In this document: positions 28,997 to 39,895 of the stretch, piece after piece
Position numbering within the stretch: position 1 is the stretch's first letter
How the letters are laid out: each line of letters starts with the position of its first letter
Origin: an uncultured Candidatus Poseidoniales archaeon
GTDB lineage: Archaea; Thermoplasmatota; Poseidoniia; Poseidoniales; Thalassarchaeaceae
Length of the DNA stretch: 64,000 nucleotides
Assembly: GCA_963990035.1 (NCBI GenBank)
Contig: CAXDMJ010000002.1
Location: 3,441-67,440, forward strand
Reading direction: 5' to 3'
Position numbers and translations under genes: made by a program
Notes under the pieces: model-generated
Seen by the model: the letters and a program-made list of their open reading frames with translations, nothing else
What the model was told of the DNA's origin: nothing
Database searches by the model: none

Positions 28997-31306
28997 ATGG
29001 TAATTGATAGTTTCATTTCTTTAACTACCAGCAAAGACCCTTTAATTTCATTATTAGAATATTATAGGGGCTCTGATATTCCAAATCAGGATGAAATATT
29101 ACTTCATTCAGGCGGACCAATAACTGATTTAGCCAAAAGATCATTTCTACCTTGTCTACAAAGTATTCGCTTATTATTCTTCGAGCCTCAGAAAGTTACT
29201 GAAGTTGAAATCTCATCTGCTATGAAAGGTCAAATAAAATTAGGATATAGTGATCCGTTGACAGTAATAATTCAGAAATATAATGATGGACGTTGGGATA
29301 CTATTGAAGAGCTAGAAGTAAAAACATTAGAGTTAGCCATTAATTTAACCAAAAAATGGGAAATCCCTGTTGAAGATTCACAAGATTTGCCTATTGTACC
29401 CGGCGGATTTACAGGGTTATTAGGTTACGATCTTAACCGTTGGTCAGTTGGTATTAAACTGGAAAACACTCCTCCTTGTGGGACCTTATTAGGCGTTTTA
29501 TGGAGAGCAGATGCCTGGTGGATTCATGAAAGAGAATCGCAACAATTGAAGTTGATTTCTACCCCTAATCATCCGTGGATTAATGAAGCAAGAACTGGAG
29601 TAATTCCATTTTGTTCAGCTTCTAGTTTTCCAGATTTAGAAAATTTTGTAGTCCCTGATTCGGAAAGCGACGCATCTCATGCAAGTAAAGTAGATTTGAT
29701 TAAAGATAGTATTCGGCAAGGGCACATATATCAATTAAATTATGGTCGAAAATGGGAAGCTAAAATGCCAGATCATCCATGGAATGCATTCCAAAGAATA
29801 ATGGCTACAAATCCTTCTCCATTCGCATCTTGGTTATATGTTCATGACCATGGTTGGAGTATAGCATCCGCAAGTCCCGAAAGACTTGTTCAAACAAAAA
29901 ATGGAATTGTATCAACTCGTCCGATTAAGGGCACATTTCCTCGAGGGAAGTCTCTTGAAGATGATAAAAGACTTCAAAATGAAATGGCATCTTCAGAAAA
30001 AGAAATTGCTGAGCACCTAATGTTAGTTGATCTTAAGAAACATGATCTGTCAAAAATATGTAAATCAGGTTCCGTACATTGGTCAGATTTTCGCATAGAA
30101 GCATTACCCACAGTCCAGCATTTAGTTAGTGGTGTATCTGGAGAATTAAAAGAGGATATTAACTATGGAAATATAATTTCGGCATTGTTTCCAGGTGGTT
30201 CCATTACCGGTTGTCCCAAAATTGCTTCAATAGCCGCAATTAATGAGATAGAAGAAAGTCCGCGAGGTGCATGGACAGGATCGATTGGTCATTTCCATTC
30301 ATCCTCTGGTATTTCAGAATTTAATATTTTGATTCGGACTTTAGAAGCCCACTCCGGGCCAATTAATTGGCATGGGAGAGTTCAGGCAGGAGGGGGCATT
30401 GTAATTGGATCAAAAGCATCTTCAGAGGTTGAAGAAGCACGATGGAAAGCCACGGCTATAACTGATGCAACATGGGGTTTTCGAACAGGTTTTTCAATTG
30501 ATGATTTACCAAAACGCAGTGTGCAAATGCTTTCTGTTCCTAATGTTGAAGGCTCTATTGGTGAACCGAAACCAAAATCAATTAATCAAGAGGGAATTAT
30601 TGGTGAAATAATCAGAGGAGAGGGTGATTCTATGTTCTCAACAGATGTCCTATTAATTGATAATCTCGATTCTTTTACAGAAAATATTGCTAACTCTTTG
30701 ACTAAGCTAGGCAAAAATGTTAGGATTGTTGAAGGACGCCCTGAGATTTCAGTAGATCCTAATGAAACAATAAAATCTTGGCTTCAAATTTTTAGACCGA
30801 AAAGTATCATTATTGGCCCCGGACCATCTCGACCCGAAAAATCGGATATAACTATGCAAATAGCTCGATTAGCAGTACAAGGTAAATTAATCGTAGATAA
30901 TTCTTATATCCCAATACTTGGTTTATGTTTAGGTCACCAAGCTCTAGGTTTGGCAATTGGCTGGAAATTAATTGAGTCTCCTTTAGGAGCTATTCACGGA
31001 CTTCCTTCAGTAATTAAACATGATAAAAATGGCCTGTATATTAATCAGAATTCTCCTTTAGTTTTAATGAGATACAATAGTCTAATTCTTCAACCAACAA
31101 ATAAGTTGATGATTTGTACTGCTTGGGATGAAACAGGAACTCTTGTTATGGGTATTAGGCATCCTATATACCCAATTTCTGGGATACAGTGCCATCCAGA
31201 GTCAGTAGGGAGCCCTCTAGGCCTGAATCTATTTTCTTCATTTTTTGATCAAAAACCTGTTCTAATTGATTCAATTCGTTCTAAAAGTCAAGTTAGTAGA
31301 CCGTAG
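28997..31306 (+). CDS. Fused aminodeoxychorismate synthase: chorismate-binding domain plus C-terminal glutamine amidotransferase
   Basis: SPERL, RPIKGT (PabB-type Lys), FPGGSITGCPK, then IDNLDSF, GPGP, GLCLGHQ and HPES. Confidence 0.85.
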   Translation: MVIDSFISLTTSKDPLISLLEYYRGSDIPNQDEILLHSGGPITDLAKRSFLPCLQSIRLLFFEPQKVTEVEISSAMKGQIKLGYSDPLTVIIQKYNDGRWDTIEELEVKTLELAINLTKKWEIPVEDSQDLPIVPGGFTGLLGYDLNRWSVGIKLENTPPCGTLLGVLWRADAWWIHERESQQLKLISTPNHPWINEARTGVIPFCSASSFPDLENFVVPDSESDASHASKVDLIKDSIRQGHIYQLNYGRKWEAKMPDHPWNAFQRIMATNPSPFASWLYVHDHGWSIASASPERLVQTKNGIVSTRPIKGTFPRGKSLEDDKRLQNEMASSEKEIAEHLMLVDLKKHDLSKICKSGSVHWSDFRIEALPTVQHLVSGVSGELKEDINYGNIISALFPGGSITGCPKIASIAAINEIEESPRGAWTGSIGHFHSSSGISEFNILIRTLEAHSGPINWHGRVQAGGGIVIGSKASSEVEEARWKATAITDATWGFRTGFSIDDLPKRSVQMLSVPNVEGSIGEPKPKSINQEGIIGEIIRGEGDSMFSTDVLLIDNLDSFTENIANSLTKLGKNVRIVEGRPEISVDPNETIKSWLQIFRPKSIIIGPGPSRPEKSDITMQIARLAVQGKLIVDNSYIPILGLCLGHQALGLAIGWKLIESPLGAIHGLPSVIKHDKNGLYINQNSPLVLMRYNSLILQPTNKLMICTAWDETGTLVMGIRHPIYPISGIQCHPESVGSPLGLNLFSSFFDQKPVLIDSIRSKSQVSRP

Positions 31307-31345
31307 CCTTGAATTAGCATCTCATAGTGGGCGGGTTGAACTAAC

Positions 31346-31708
31346 ATGGCATATTGTAGGTTTTGTAAACAAAACTACCCCGAGAGTCAGTTTGTAAAGG
31401 GTAATGGTCCTAGATACTTAGTTTGTGCAAGATGTGCGATTGAGCAAGAACTTGCTGAAGTTGATGAAGTGCCAGAACTTTATTCTGATGATTTAGTTAA
31501 AGCAAGATTTTCTCTTTTCAGTCGACGATATAGATCATGGTTCGCAATAGGTACAGGTTGGACGCTTTACTTCACTCTTGGTAATGAAATAGAACTTTGG
31601 TCAAACTTATTTTTCATAACTCTAGTTCTTGGTACTCTTGCCACACCTGTATTACATTTCTTAGGAAGTTCTCGGTTTAAAGCAGAATTGTCCAAACTTA
31701 CTCCTTGA
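31346..31708 (+). CDS. Hypothetical protein with N-terminal Cys4 zinc-finger-like motif and two TM helices
   Basis: CRFC...CARC followed by two hydrophobic segments. Confidence 0.7.
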   Translation: MAYCRFCKQNYPESQFVKGNGPRYLVCARCAIEQELAEVDEVPELYSDDLVKARFSLFSRRYRSWFAIGTGWTLYFTLGNEIELWSNLFFITLVLGTLATPVLHFLGSSRFKAELSKLTP

Positions 31709-31936
31709 CTCTATTTCACGAATCTTTGAAATAGGGTATACTTAGTTGAGTATGATAGAGGGAACAGAGGGTTCCCTAAGAAAGCCCGCGAGATTGGATG
31801 ATGAATAAGGAGGAGTTGAATAAATTAAAAAATATTTTTTAAATTTCTTAGATAAGCGCAGTATAGCGTTTTTCATGTAATTTAGACGATTATTCAACTT
31901 ACTTTTCTTAAACATCCTTACCTCCCGAATAGATAG

Positions 31937-31944
31937 TTTATACA
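31937..31944 (+). promoter_or_regulatory. Canonical TATA box upstream of the acidic secreted protein gene
   Basis: TTTATACA preceded by purine-rich CGAATAGATAG; SD-like GGAAGTGA before ATG 32024. Confidence 0.5.
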
Positions 31945-32023
31945 TATTACAGGTGTGAGCATTTTTCGGAAAGAGAGAACAGCGGGTACTCTACAACTAA
32001 ATTTTTAAGGAAGTGAAAAGAAA

Positions 32024-33556
<1,533 letters not shown>

Positions 33557-33617
33557 TTGAAAGATTGGATAACAGATTATTTTGCTAGCCTGCAACATTG
33601 TAATGAATGCAGCGACA

Positions 33618-33652
33618 GACTCCCCTAGGGCGATTTAGTCCTAGGGTGAGTC
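33618..33652. terminator. GC-rich hairpin between convergent genes
   Basis: gactc-ccctagg-gc-gattta-gt-cctaggg-t-gagtc. Confidence 0.55.
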
Positions 33653-33661
33653 GCAACATTT

Positions 33662-34666
33662 TCAAAAATCAAACAAAGTTGGTTGACTTTCAGATTTCAG
33701 TCGATTAGCATTAGCTAGCCTAGTTACTGCTCTAGATATTCTTTTTTCACTAAAACCTCTTGATTTAGCGAATACCTGAATATTTTCTTCTATTGATTTT
33801 GAGGATTCAGGCAGTGGTATAGGATGTACTGGATGTTTTGTGAATAGTGCTCTTATCTCTTCTAGATTTTCTGGTAAATCAAACTCCTTGGCAATTGAAA
33901 CTTCTTCCATTGTCCCATGCTTCTTAATTAACTTCAATCCTGTTTTTGGACCTATACCCTTTATTCCAGGATGGAAATCTGTTCCAATCATAATACCCAG
34001 GTCAACTAATTGCTCATACGTTATTTCATGCATTTCCAGCATTTCACTTAGAATAATTTTTTCTGCTTGTAAGACTCTTCCGAATTTACGTGTACCATGA
34101 GATGTAAGATTTCGAATCATTATAGGTGCACCATAAAGCAGAGTATCCCAATCTTGACTAGCCACTGCAAAGACTTCGTTATTTCTACAACGTACTGCTG
34201 CAGCGCCCTCTGCTTCCATTGGTGCTTCTAACCAAGTAACTCCCAAGCAATCAAATAATTCTTTAGTTTCTGCAACCATTTCCCTAGTATATTCTGCAGT
34301 TTGTGGTCCTAATTTTTTGGCGGCAACCATATCTCCAGCCTCAATAGCTGCTTCCCATTTTACAACTGCGTTAATTTTTCTTTCTTTCCTCCCTCCTAAT
34401 GTTTCCATCTTTAGTTGATGTGGTTTTCCATCAAAAATGAAAACAGGATCAATCCCTTCTTCAATCATTATTGTTGCTCTATCTAAGAATCCCATAAGAT
34501 GTGCTACTGGCTTATTATTGTAGGATAATGGTTTCCCATCTTGGCCCGTTAGACTAGTGATAAACTGATAGGCATTAAGGAATACATCTATGGCAACCTT
34601 TTGACCCTTTAGTTCGCTAAAATTGATAGATTGTGCTGGTGCTAAGTCTCTCAAATTACAGCCCAT
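33662..34666 (-). CDS. fen: Flap endonuclease 1
   Basis: AID-x2-LNAYQF, PVFIFDG, APMEAEG, SQDWDTLLYG, GTDF-x-PGIKGIGPK, C-terminal PIP box QPTLFDF. Confidence 0.96.
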   Translation of the reverse strand: MGCNLRDLAPAQSINFSELKGQKVAIDVFLNAYQFITSLTGQDGKPLSYNNKPVAHLMGFLDRATIMIEEGIDPVFIFDGKPHQLKMETLGGRKERKINAVVKWEAAIEAGDMVAAKKLGPQTAEYTREMVAETKELFDCLGVTWLEAPMEAEGAAAVRCRNNEVFAVASQDWDTLLYGAPIMIRNLTSHGTRKFGRVLQAEKIILSEMLEMHEITYEQLVDLGIMIGTDFHPGIKGIGPKTGLKLIKKHGTMEEVSIAKEFDLPENLEEIRALFTKHPVHPIPLPESSKSIEENIQVFAKSRGFSEKRISRAVTRLANANRLKSESQPTLFDF

Positions 34667-34750
34667 AGTAGTCTCGCCCCCTCTTCTTCACGCTATGGAC
34701 GACGTCGAGGCATTTAGGGTTGAAGTCTTACACGAGTAGACATAGGTGAT

Positions 34751-35890
34751 GTGATGACTGGAACTATTCTTCTTGGTAGTGGATGGCACCCATTTCTTTT
34801 TAGATCAGAAATTACTGCATTATTTGGAGATTTTAAGACCCTACATCCTCGTCTAGTTTTACTTAACCAATCAATAGATGAAAAGCTTCTTTCACGTTTA
34901 TCCAGAGCTGCTTTAGTAGATGATTTACTCCATTTTGGAGGTTATTCGAATGGTACTGATTTTAATATAATTTCTCAAGAAATATCCAATTGGTCCAAAG
35001 AGAATTTACCCTCTGGTAGTTTTGCAGTAAGAAGTAAGAAGCTTGGCTCAGGGATCGAAAGTATTTCTAGAAGAGAATTAGAAAAAGAAGTAGGTGCTCA
35101 ATTATTTTCCAAAAAGAATCCAGTTAATCTTCAAAATCCTCAATATGAGATTGTCATAATAGTTGCAGGTAAAGTAGACGGTGAAGTACATTGGGATTCT
35201 GTTGAAGTTACTCCATGTGTTATTTGGGGTATACGGGAAAATAAATGGGAGAAAACAAATTATATTGGCAGACAACCTATGGAAAGACCTTTTTTCAAAC
35301 CAATATCACTTGAACCTAGACTCGCTAAATTATTGATATCACTTGCCCATAGAGAAGTTATTACTCCACAAATTATGATTGATCCATTTTGTGGTACTGG
35401 TGGTATAGCAATTGAAGCGCTTATTCAGGGTATGGACATATTCGCTAGCGATTTAGATCCAACAATGGTTTATGGTACTAAAAAGAATTTATCTTGGGCT
35501 AATAAAGATGATAAAAGTATAATTAAAGTTGAGAAATATAGCGTGAAGAATATTGCAGATTTATGGGGTGAAAATGAAAATTGTATCTTTGTATTCGATC
35601 CACCATATGGACGAAATGCTTGGAAATCAGATGATGGTTTGGAATTATTTCTTTCTGCACTCGAACAGGCGCTAAAGATTGATTCTAAATCAGTAATTTC
35701 TACTATGTTACCTGCCGGCTCTGAGTCACTTGCGAATAATCCTGATATAGATTATATTGTGATGGGTCGTCCTTGGAGTGAAATTGAAAGAGAAATAAAT
35801 GAAAGAGGCTGGAGAGTTGATCTAAAATCACCTGTCAAAGTTCACAAGAGTTTAGCACGAATGGTTGTTGTCTGCCATCCGTTGCATTGA
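34751..35890 (+). CDS. THUMP-domain tRNA methyltransferase, Trm11/TrmG10 (m2G10)-like
   Basis: SFAVR and VNL-x-NP (THUMP), RPFFKPISLEPRLA, DPFCGTGG, DPPYG. Confidence 0.85.
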   Translation: MMTGTILLGSGWHPFLFRSEITALFGDFKTLHPRLVLLNQSIDEKLLSRLSRAALVDDLLHFGGYSNGTDFNIISQEISNWSKENLPSGSFAVRSKKLGSGIESISRRELEKEVGAQLFSKKNPVNLQNPQYEIVIIVAGKVDGEVHWDSVEVTPCVIWGIRENKWEKTNYIGRQPMERPFFKPISLEPRLAKLLISLAHREVITPQIMIDPFCGTGGIAIEALIQGMDIFASDLDPTMVYGTKKNLSWANKDDKSIIKVEKYSVKNIADLWGENENCIFVFDPPYGRNAWKSDDGLELFLSALEQALKIDSKSVISTMLPAGSESLANNPDIDYIVMGRPWSEIEREINERGWRVDLKSPVKVHKSLARMVVVCHPLH

Positions 35891-35919
35891 AATCAGATTC
35901 CCTTGCACGTCTATTTACT

Positions 35920-35994
35920 GGGCTGTTAGTTTAGCGGATAAAATGGGGGGTTTCGGACCCCTTGCCCCGGGTTCGAATCCTGGACGGCCCGCCA
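35920..35994 (+). tRNA. tRNA-Arg (anticodon TCG), CCA encoded, no intron
   Basis: Acceptor stem GGGCTGT/ACGGCCC, anticodon loop TT-TCG-GA, T-loop TTCGAAT, ends GCCA. Confidence 0.93.
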
Positions 35995-36102
35995 TATATT
36001 CACTTCATTGAAATTATTTTGTTTTGTTTTTCTTCATTGTTTCATCATACTATTCTTGATAAAGTAGTGAGTATATACATAACCAATTGGTAAAATTATT
36101 GT

Positions 36103-37185
36103 TTAATTTCTTTCCCATTTAGTAATGGTATCGTTACCTGAAATTATTTCATTTTTCATAACTAGTCCCGCAGCTTCAAGGTGACCTTTATTGAAGTAAT
36201 ATTTATTTTTAGCATCCAGTTCTATTTTTGATATACAAAGATGGGCTGAATCTACTAGTTTTTCTTCTAAGAAACGCTTCCAAGTTTCTAATCCTCCTTC
36301 TACTAATAGTGTTTGAACTTCTAAATCTCCTAAGCAATCCAGTATCTTCTTAACATCTATTTCTCCATTTTCAGATGGTAAAACAATTCTATTGACATGT
36401 TCTTTATCATTAGTCGAATCATATTTTTCCGCATTAATTAGATATGTTTCAGCATTAGGGGTTGTCATTAAGTAACAATCATTTGGAATTCTATTTTTTG
36501 GATCAATTACAACTCTTTTTGGTGTAATGTCATTAGCAGAACTCTTCCCCTCTCTCACTGTCAACTTAGGATCATCTCTGATTACTGTATTTACTCCAAC
36601 AACTATAGCCATCGAGTCTCTTCTTATTTCATGCACTATCTCTAATGACTCCTTTGATGAAAACCTCACAGCAGGCTTTTCTGGATCTCCATCTATTCTT
36701 CCATTATTATCTGTGGCTGCTTTTAGAAGTACATACGGTCTTCTATATTTACACCAATGCATGAATGCAGACATTTGCTGATTGCATTCTTTTTCTAAAA
36801 CACCAATTTCAACATCTATCCCTTCTCTTTTCAGAGCCTCTAAACCTCCTCCTCTAACAGTAGGATTAGGATCAGCAGCTCCGATTACTACCTTCTTCAC
36901 TCCAGCCCACATTAATGCTTCACTACAAGGAGGAGTTCTTCCGAAATGATTGCATGGTTCGAGAGTTACGTAGGCAATAGCTCCTTGAGTTTCTACACCT
37001 CTAGATTCAGCGTCAGCGATTGCCATTTGCTCGGCATGAAGTCCACCAATATGGTCATGCCATCCTTCGGCAATGATACCTCCATTCCTCACTAAGACAC
37101 AACCAACAAGTGGATTTGGTCTGACTGAATACCTTCCTTTTTCTGCTAATTCAATAGCTCGACGCATGAAATCTTCATCGTCCAT
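36103..37185 (-). CDS. ribD: Bifunctional riboflavin biosynthesis deaminase/reductase
   Basis: PNPLVGCV, HAE, TLEPC-x-H-x-GRTPPC, followed by a reductase domain (LLVEGG). Start placed at ATG 37185. Confidence 0.93.
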   Translation of the reverse strand: MDDEDFMRRAIELAEKGRYSVRPNPLVGCVLVRNGGIIAEGWHDHIGGLHAEQMAIADAESRGVETQGAIAYVTLEPCNHFGRTPPCSEALMWAGVKKVVIGAADPNPTVRGGGLEALKREGIDVEIGVLEKECNQQMSAFMHWCKYRRPYVLLKAATDNNGRIDGDPEKPAVRFSSKESLEIVHEIRRDSMAIVVGVNTVIRDDPKLTVREGKSSANDITPKRVVIDPKNRIPNDCYLMTTPNAETYLINAEKYDSTNDKEHVNRIVLPSENGEIDVKKILDCLGDLEVQTLLVEGGLETWKRFLEEKLVDSAHLCISKIELDAKNKYYFNKGHLEAAGLVMKNEIISGNDTITKWERN

Positions 37186-37273
37186 AGGATGTCCTCTAAA
37201 CGTTCGAAACATACTTTACTCATGATTCCTCGCTTTGGGAGCATTCAAGTCCCAACTCCTTACTGATGTAATC

Positions 37274-38320
37274 ATGACACGTATTGCCTGCATCCTCAAT
37301 CCCAAGGCCAGAGATGGATTATCGATGAAACAATGGGATTTATTCGAACCTGCTTTGAAAGATTCAGGATTTGAAATTGATCTGCATCATACTGAATATT
37401 CAGGCCATGCTACAGAGATAGCTCATAGCCTAATTGATGGCGATTATCAACTTGTAGTTGCAGTTGGAGGCGATGGAACTGTACATGAAGTAGCATCAGG
37501 TCTTAGAGGGTCAAAGATGACATTAGGCATTCTACCAATAGGTAGTGGCAATGATTATGCAAGAGCACATGGAATCCCAATTCCTCGAGGCAAAAAGTTT
37601 CCTGATATGCAAGGAGCAGTAGATATTCTAGTCAACGGAACCGATAGAAAGGTCGGTGCAGTTAGAGTTGAAGGACTTCCTGCTAATGGCCATCATAGTA
37701 TTCCTGATCCTAAACACCATCCTGTAGACGGTCCACCAGAAGTGGATGGAAATATGGTTCGTTGGAGTTTCTTAGAGGTAGATAGTGGAGTTACATCTGC
37801 AGTTAATCGTATGAAAAATGAGGGTAAATTCAAATGGATTAGGGGGCAAATGAAGTATACTTTTTTAGGGATAAGGGCAATACTTGGTTGGAAAAAACAA
37901 CAAGGTTGGATAAAAGTAGATGATGAACCCGGTCGGATAATAGAATTTTCAGGATTATTCTGTCTTTCTCAATGTCAGACATTTGGTGGAGGATTCAAAG
38001 TTACACCAGGGGCATCTCCAATTCAAAATCATGGTTCTCTAATTTTGGCTTTTGGTTTATCTAAAATCCAGATGCTTCTAATAATGGGACCATTAGAAAA
38101 GGGGACTCATATAGGGAAATGGGGTAAAATTAGTATGCAACCGTCAAAATCTCTCGAAGTTAGAGCAGTGGATAAAGATGGTAATCCCTCCAATAAAAGT
38201 CATAATCCTAGAATGTTCGTTAATGTTGATGGAGAAGCGGTTCTAACAACTCCTGTTTCAATGAAATATCATGAGGATCAGATTACTGTCCGTGGAGCCT
38301 CTTCGATTCCTAATGAGTGA
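37274..38320 (+). CDS. Diacylglycerol/lipid kinase family protein (DagK/YegS-like)
   Basis: ILNP, GGDGTVHEV, LP-x-GSGNDYAR, FGGG, NVDGE motifs. Confidence 0.9.
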   Translation: MTRIACILNPKARDGLSMKQWDLFEPALKDSGFEIDLHHTEYSGHATEIAHSLIDGDYQLVVAVGGDGTVHEVASGLRGSKMTLGILPIGSGNDYARAHGIPIPRGKKFPDMQGAVDILVNGTDRKVGAVRVEGLPANGHHSIPDPKHHPVDGPPEVDGNMVRWSFLEVDSGVTSAVNRMKNEGKFKWIRGQMKYTFLGIRAILGWKKQQGWIKVDDEPGRIIEFSGLFCLSQCQTFGGGFKVTPGASPIQNHGSLILAFGLSKIQMLLIMGPLEKGTHIGKWGKISMQPSKSLEVRAVDKDGNPSNKSHNPRMFVNVDGEAVLTTPVSMKYHEDQITVRGASSIPNE

Positions 38321-38441
38321 TTAGATAGAGTGGCGCCGAGAGAGGGATTTGAACCCCCGAGTCCTATGGACAGTGGATTTCAAATCCACCGCAATACCGG
38401 GCTATGCGATCTCGGCCGCGCTCTATCGAATCACTCATTAG
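38310..38441. repeat. 21-bp inverted repeat (20/21 match) enclosing tRNA-Ser; arms 38310-38330 and 38421-38441
   Basis: ctaatgagtgattagatagag versus ctctatcgaatcactcattag. Confidence 0.92.
38331..38416 (-). tRNA. tRNA-Ser (anticodon TGA), long variable arm, CCA encoded
   Basis: Reverse complement: acceptor stem GCCGAGA/TCTCGGC, GTGGA-TTTGAAA-TCCAC, GTCC-ATA-GGAC variable arm, TTCAAAT, ends GCCA. Confidence 0.95.
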
Positions 38442-38459
38442 ACATGAACTTTACAACCT

Positions 38460-38819
38460 TTAATTGTAGTATCCAGGTCTGCACCACTCTGGTAATCCAG
38501 TAGTAGCTTCAGGGTGTGTTAATCCGATGAATAGTATCATGACTATAATAAAAAATGAAGGGAATAGTGCAGTTAGAGTAAGTATTTTTGAATCTTCATC
38601 ACCCCATAAATGCATAAAAATAGCTGCAATCATTATGAATTTAGGTATACCAATACCAACTAATATCAGTAAAGTTAATTTTTTCTCGGTATAACCCAGT
38701 CCAGTAGCTTCAGGAGATAAATCCAAACCTACTGCTGCAACCTCAATTAAAGTTAAAATCATTAATCCAAAGAAATTCATCCAGTAGGGATCTCGTCCCA
38801 TTATTGTGTAATGTGCCAT
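38460..38819 (-). CDS. Heme-copper oxidase subunit IV family protein
   Basis: LTLIEV, KF-x2-IAAIFMHL, three TMs. Last gene of the cox operon. Confidence 0.85.
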   Translation of the reverse strand: MAHYTIMGRDPYWMNFFGLMILTLIEVAAVGLDLSPEATGLGYTEKKLTLLILVGIGIPKFIMIAAIFMHLWGDEDSKILTLTALFPSFFIIVMILFIGLTHPEATTGLPEWCRPGYYN

Positions 38820-38830
38820 TTTTTTTCACC

Positions 38831-39895
38831 TCAATATAGATAGAAGAATGGGAATACTAGTACCCAAACTAAGTCGACAAAGTGCCAGTATAGACCAAAG
38901 TATTCAATCGACACTGCATTCTTTGGAGTATATCCTCCAGTCCAAGCTTTGAAAGTCATATAGGTCAATCCTATTATTCCTCCAAAGACGTGAACTCCAT
39001 GTGTCCCAGTCGTTACATAGAAAGTAGATGCACTAACGCTGATATCTGCAAGCATAGTTGCTCCTGTTGCTTCATCTACCCAATCATGATGATGGTAATG
39101 ATCTGCATTAATCAGATAACCCTCAGAATATAATGAATGAATATGATGTTCGTGTATTCCTAGTAATTCAATTTCAGGAACATAGAAACCAATGAACCAT
39201 TCAGTCATCTTTAGGATAAGGAATATTATTGCTAGAACCCATGTACTTCCAAGATATCGGAAAACTCTCTTTCTACGGACTTCTTCATCGACAGTTCCTA
39301 ATGGTTTCTTTGCCCAACGAAGTGCCTGAACAATTGTAAATGATGAAATAATTAGAGCGAATGTATTAATCGCCCCTGGTGCTATATGCCACATGCTTGA
39401 TGCAATTAGATGACTTGCTGGTTCAAAGCATATTAGAGCTTCACCAGCTTCTAAAGTATATCCTTGTTCAACCCAAAGACCCTCATCAAAGACTGTTTGA
39501 CAATTTCTTATTCCGGTACGGTATCTGATGTATGTGCTAAATAGTGATGTGAAAACCATCATTTCTGACATTAAGAATACCCAAATAGAGACTTTACGAA
39601 TTTCAATATTTTTGAATGGTGCACCTGTTGCCATTGGTTCATATGTACCATCAAAAGACATATCCTGTCTCCACCAAATAATTAATCCAATCAGTGAAAC
39701 TAGAAGTCCAACGAAAACTAGAGGTAAGTAACTTGCATCAAAAACACCTTTTGTAAAAGCACTAGCCAGCATAAACAAGAAAATTCCAAAACCTATACTC
39801 ATAATCAAAGGAGCCCATGAATTGTGTGGTGCTCCATGATTCCAATCATGTGGCCCCCACGCACTTGGATGGTGATGTTCATCGTGATCGCTCAA
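38831..39895 (-). CDS. coxC: Cytochrome c oxidase subunit III
   Basis: WVFLMSEMMVF, TGTHGVHV, YWHFVDLVW. Confidence 0.93.
   Translation of the reverse strand: MSDHDEHHHPSAWGPHDWNHGAPHNSWAPLIMSIGFGIFLFMLASAFTKGVFDASYLPLVFVGLLVSLIGLIIWWRQDMSFDGTYEPMATGAPFKNIEIRKVSIWVFLMSEMMVFTSLFSTYIRYRTGIRNCQTVFDEGLWVEQGYTLEAGEALICFEPASHLIASSMWHIAPGAINTFALIISSFTIVQALRWAKKPLGTVDEEVRRKRVFRYLGSTWVLAIIFLILKMTEWFIGFYVPEIELLGIHEHHIHSLYSEGYLINADHYHHHDWVDEATGATMLADISVSASTFYVTTGTHGVHVFGGIIGLTYMTFKAWTGGYTPKNAVSIEYFGLYWHFVDLVWVLVFPFFYLY

Noticed and set aside
35920..38416. Integrated element or tRNA introns at the two tRNAs
   Set aside because: No duplicated tRNA 3' end, no adjacent integrase, and both anticodon loops are uninterrupted.
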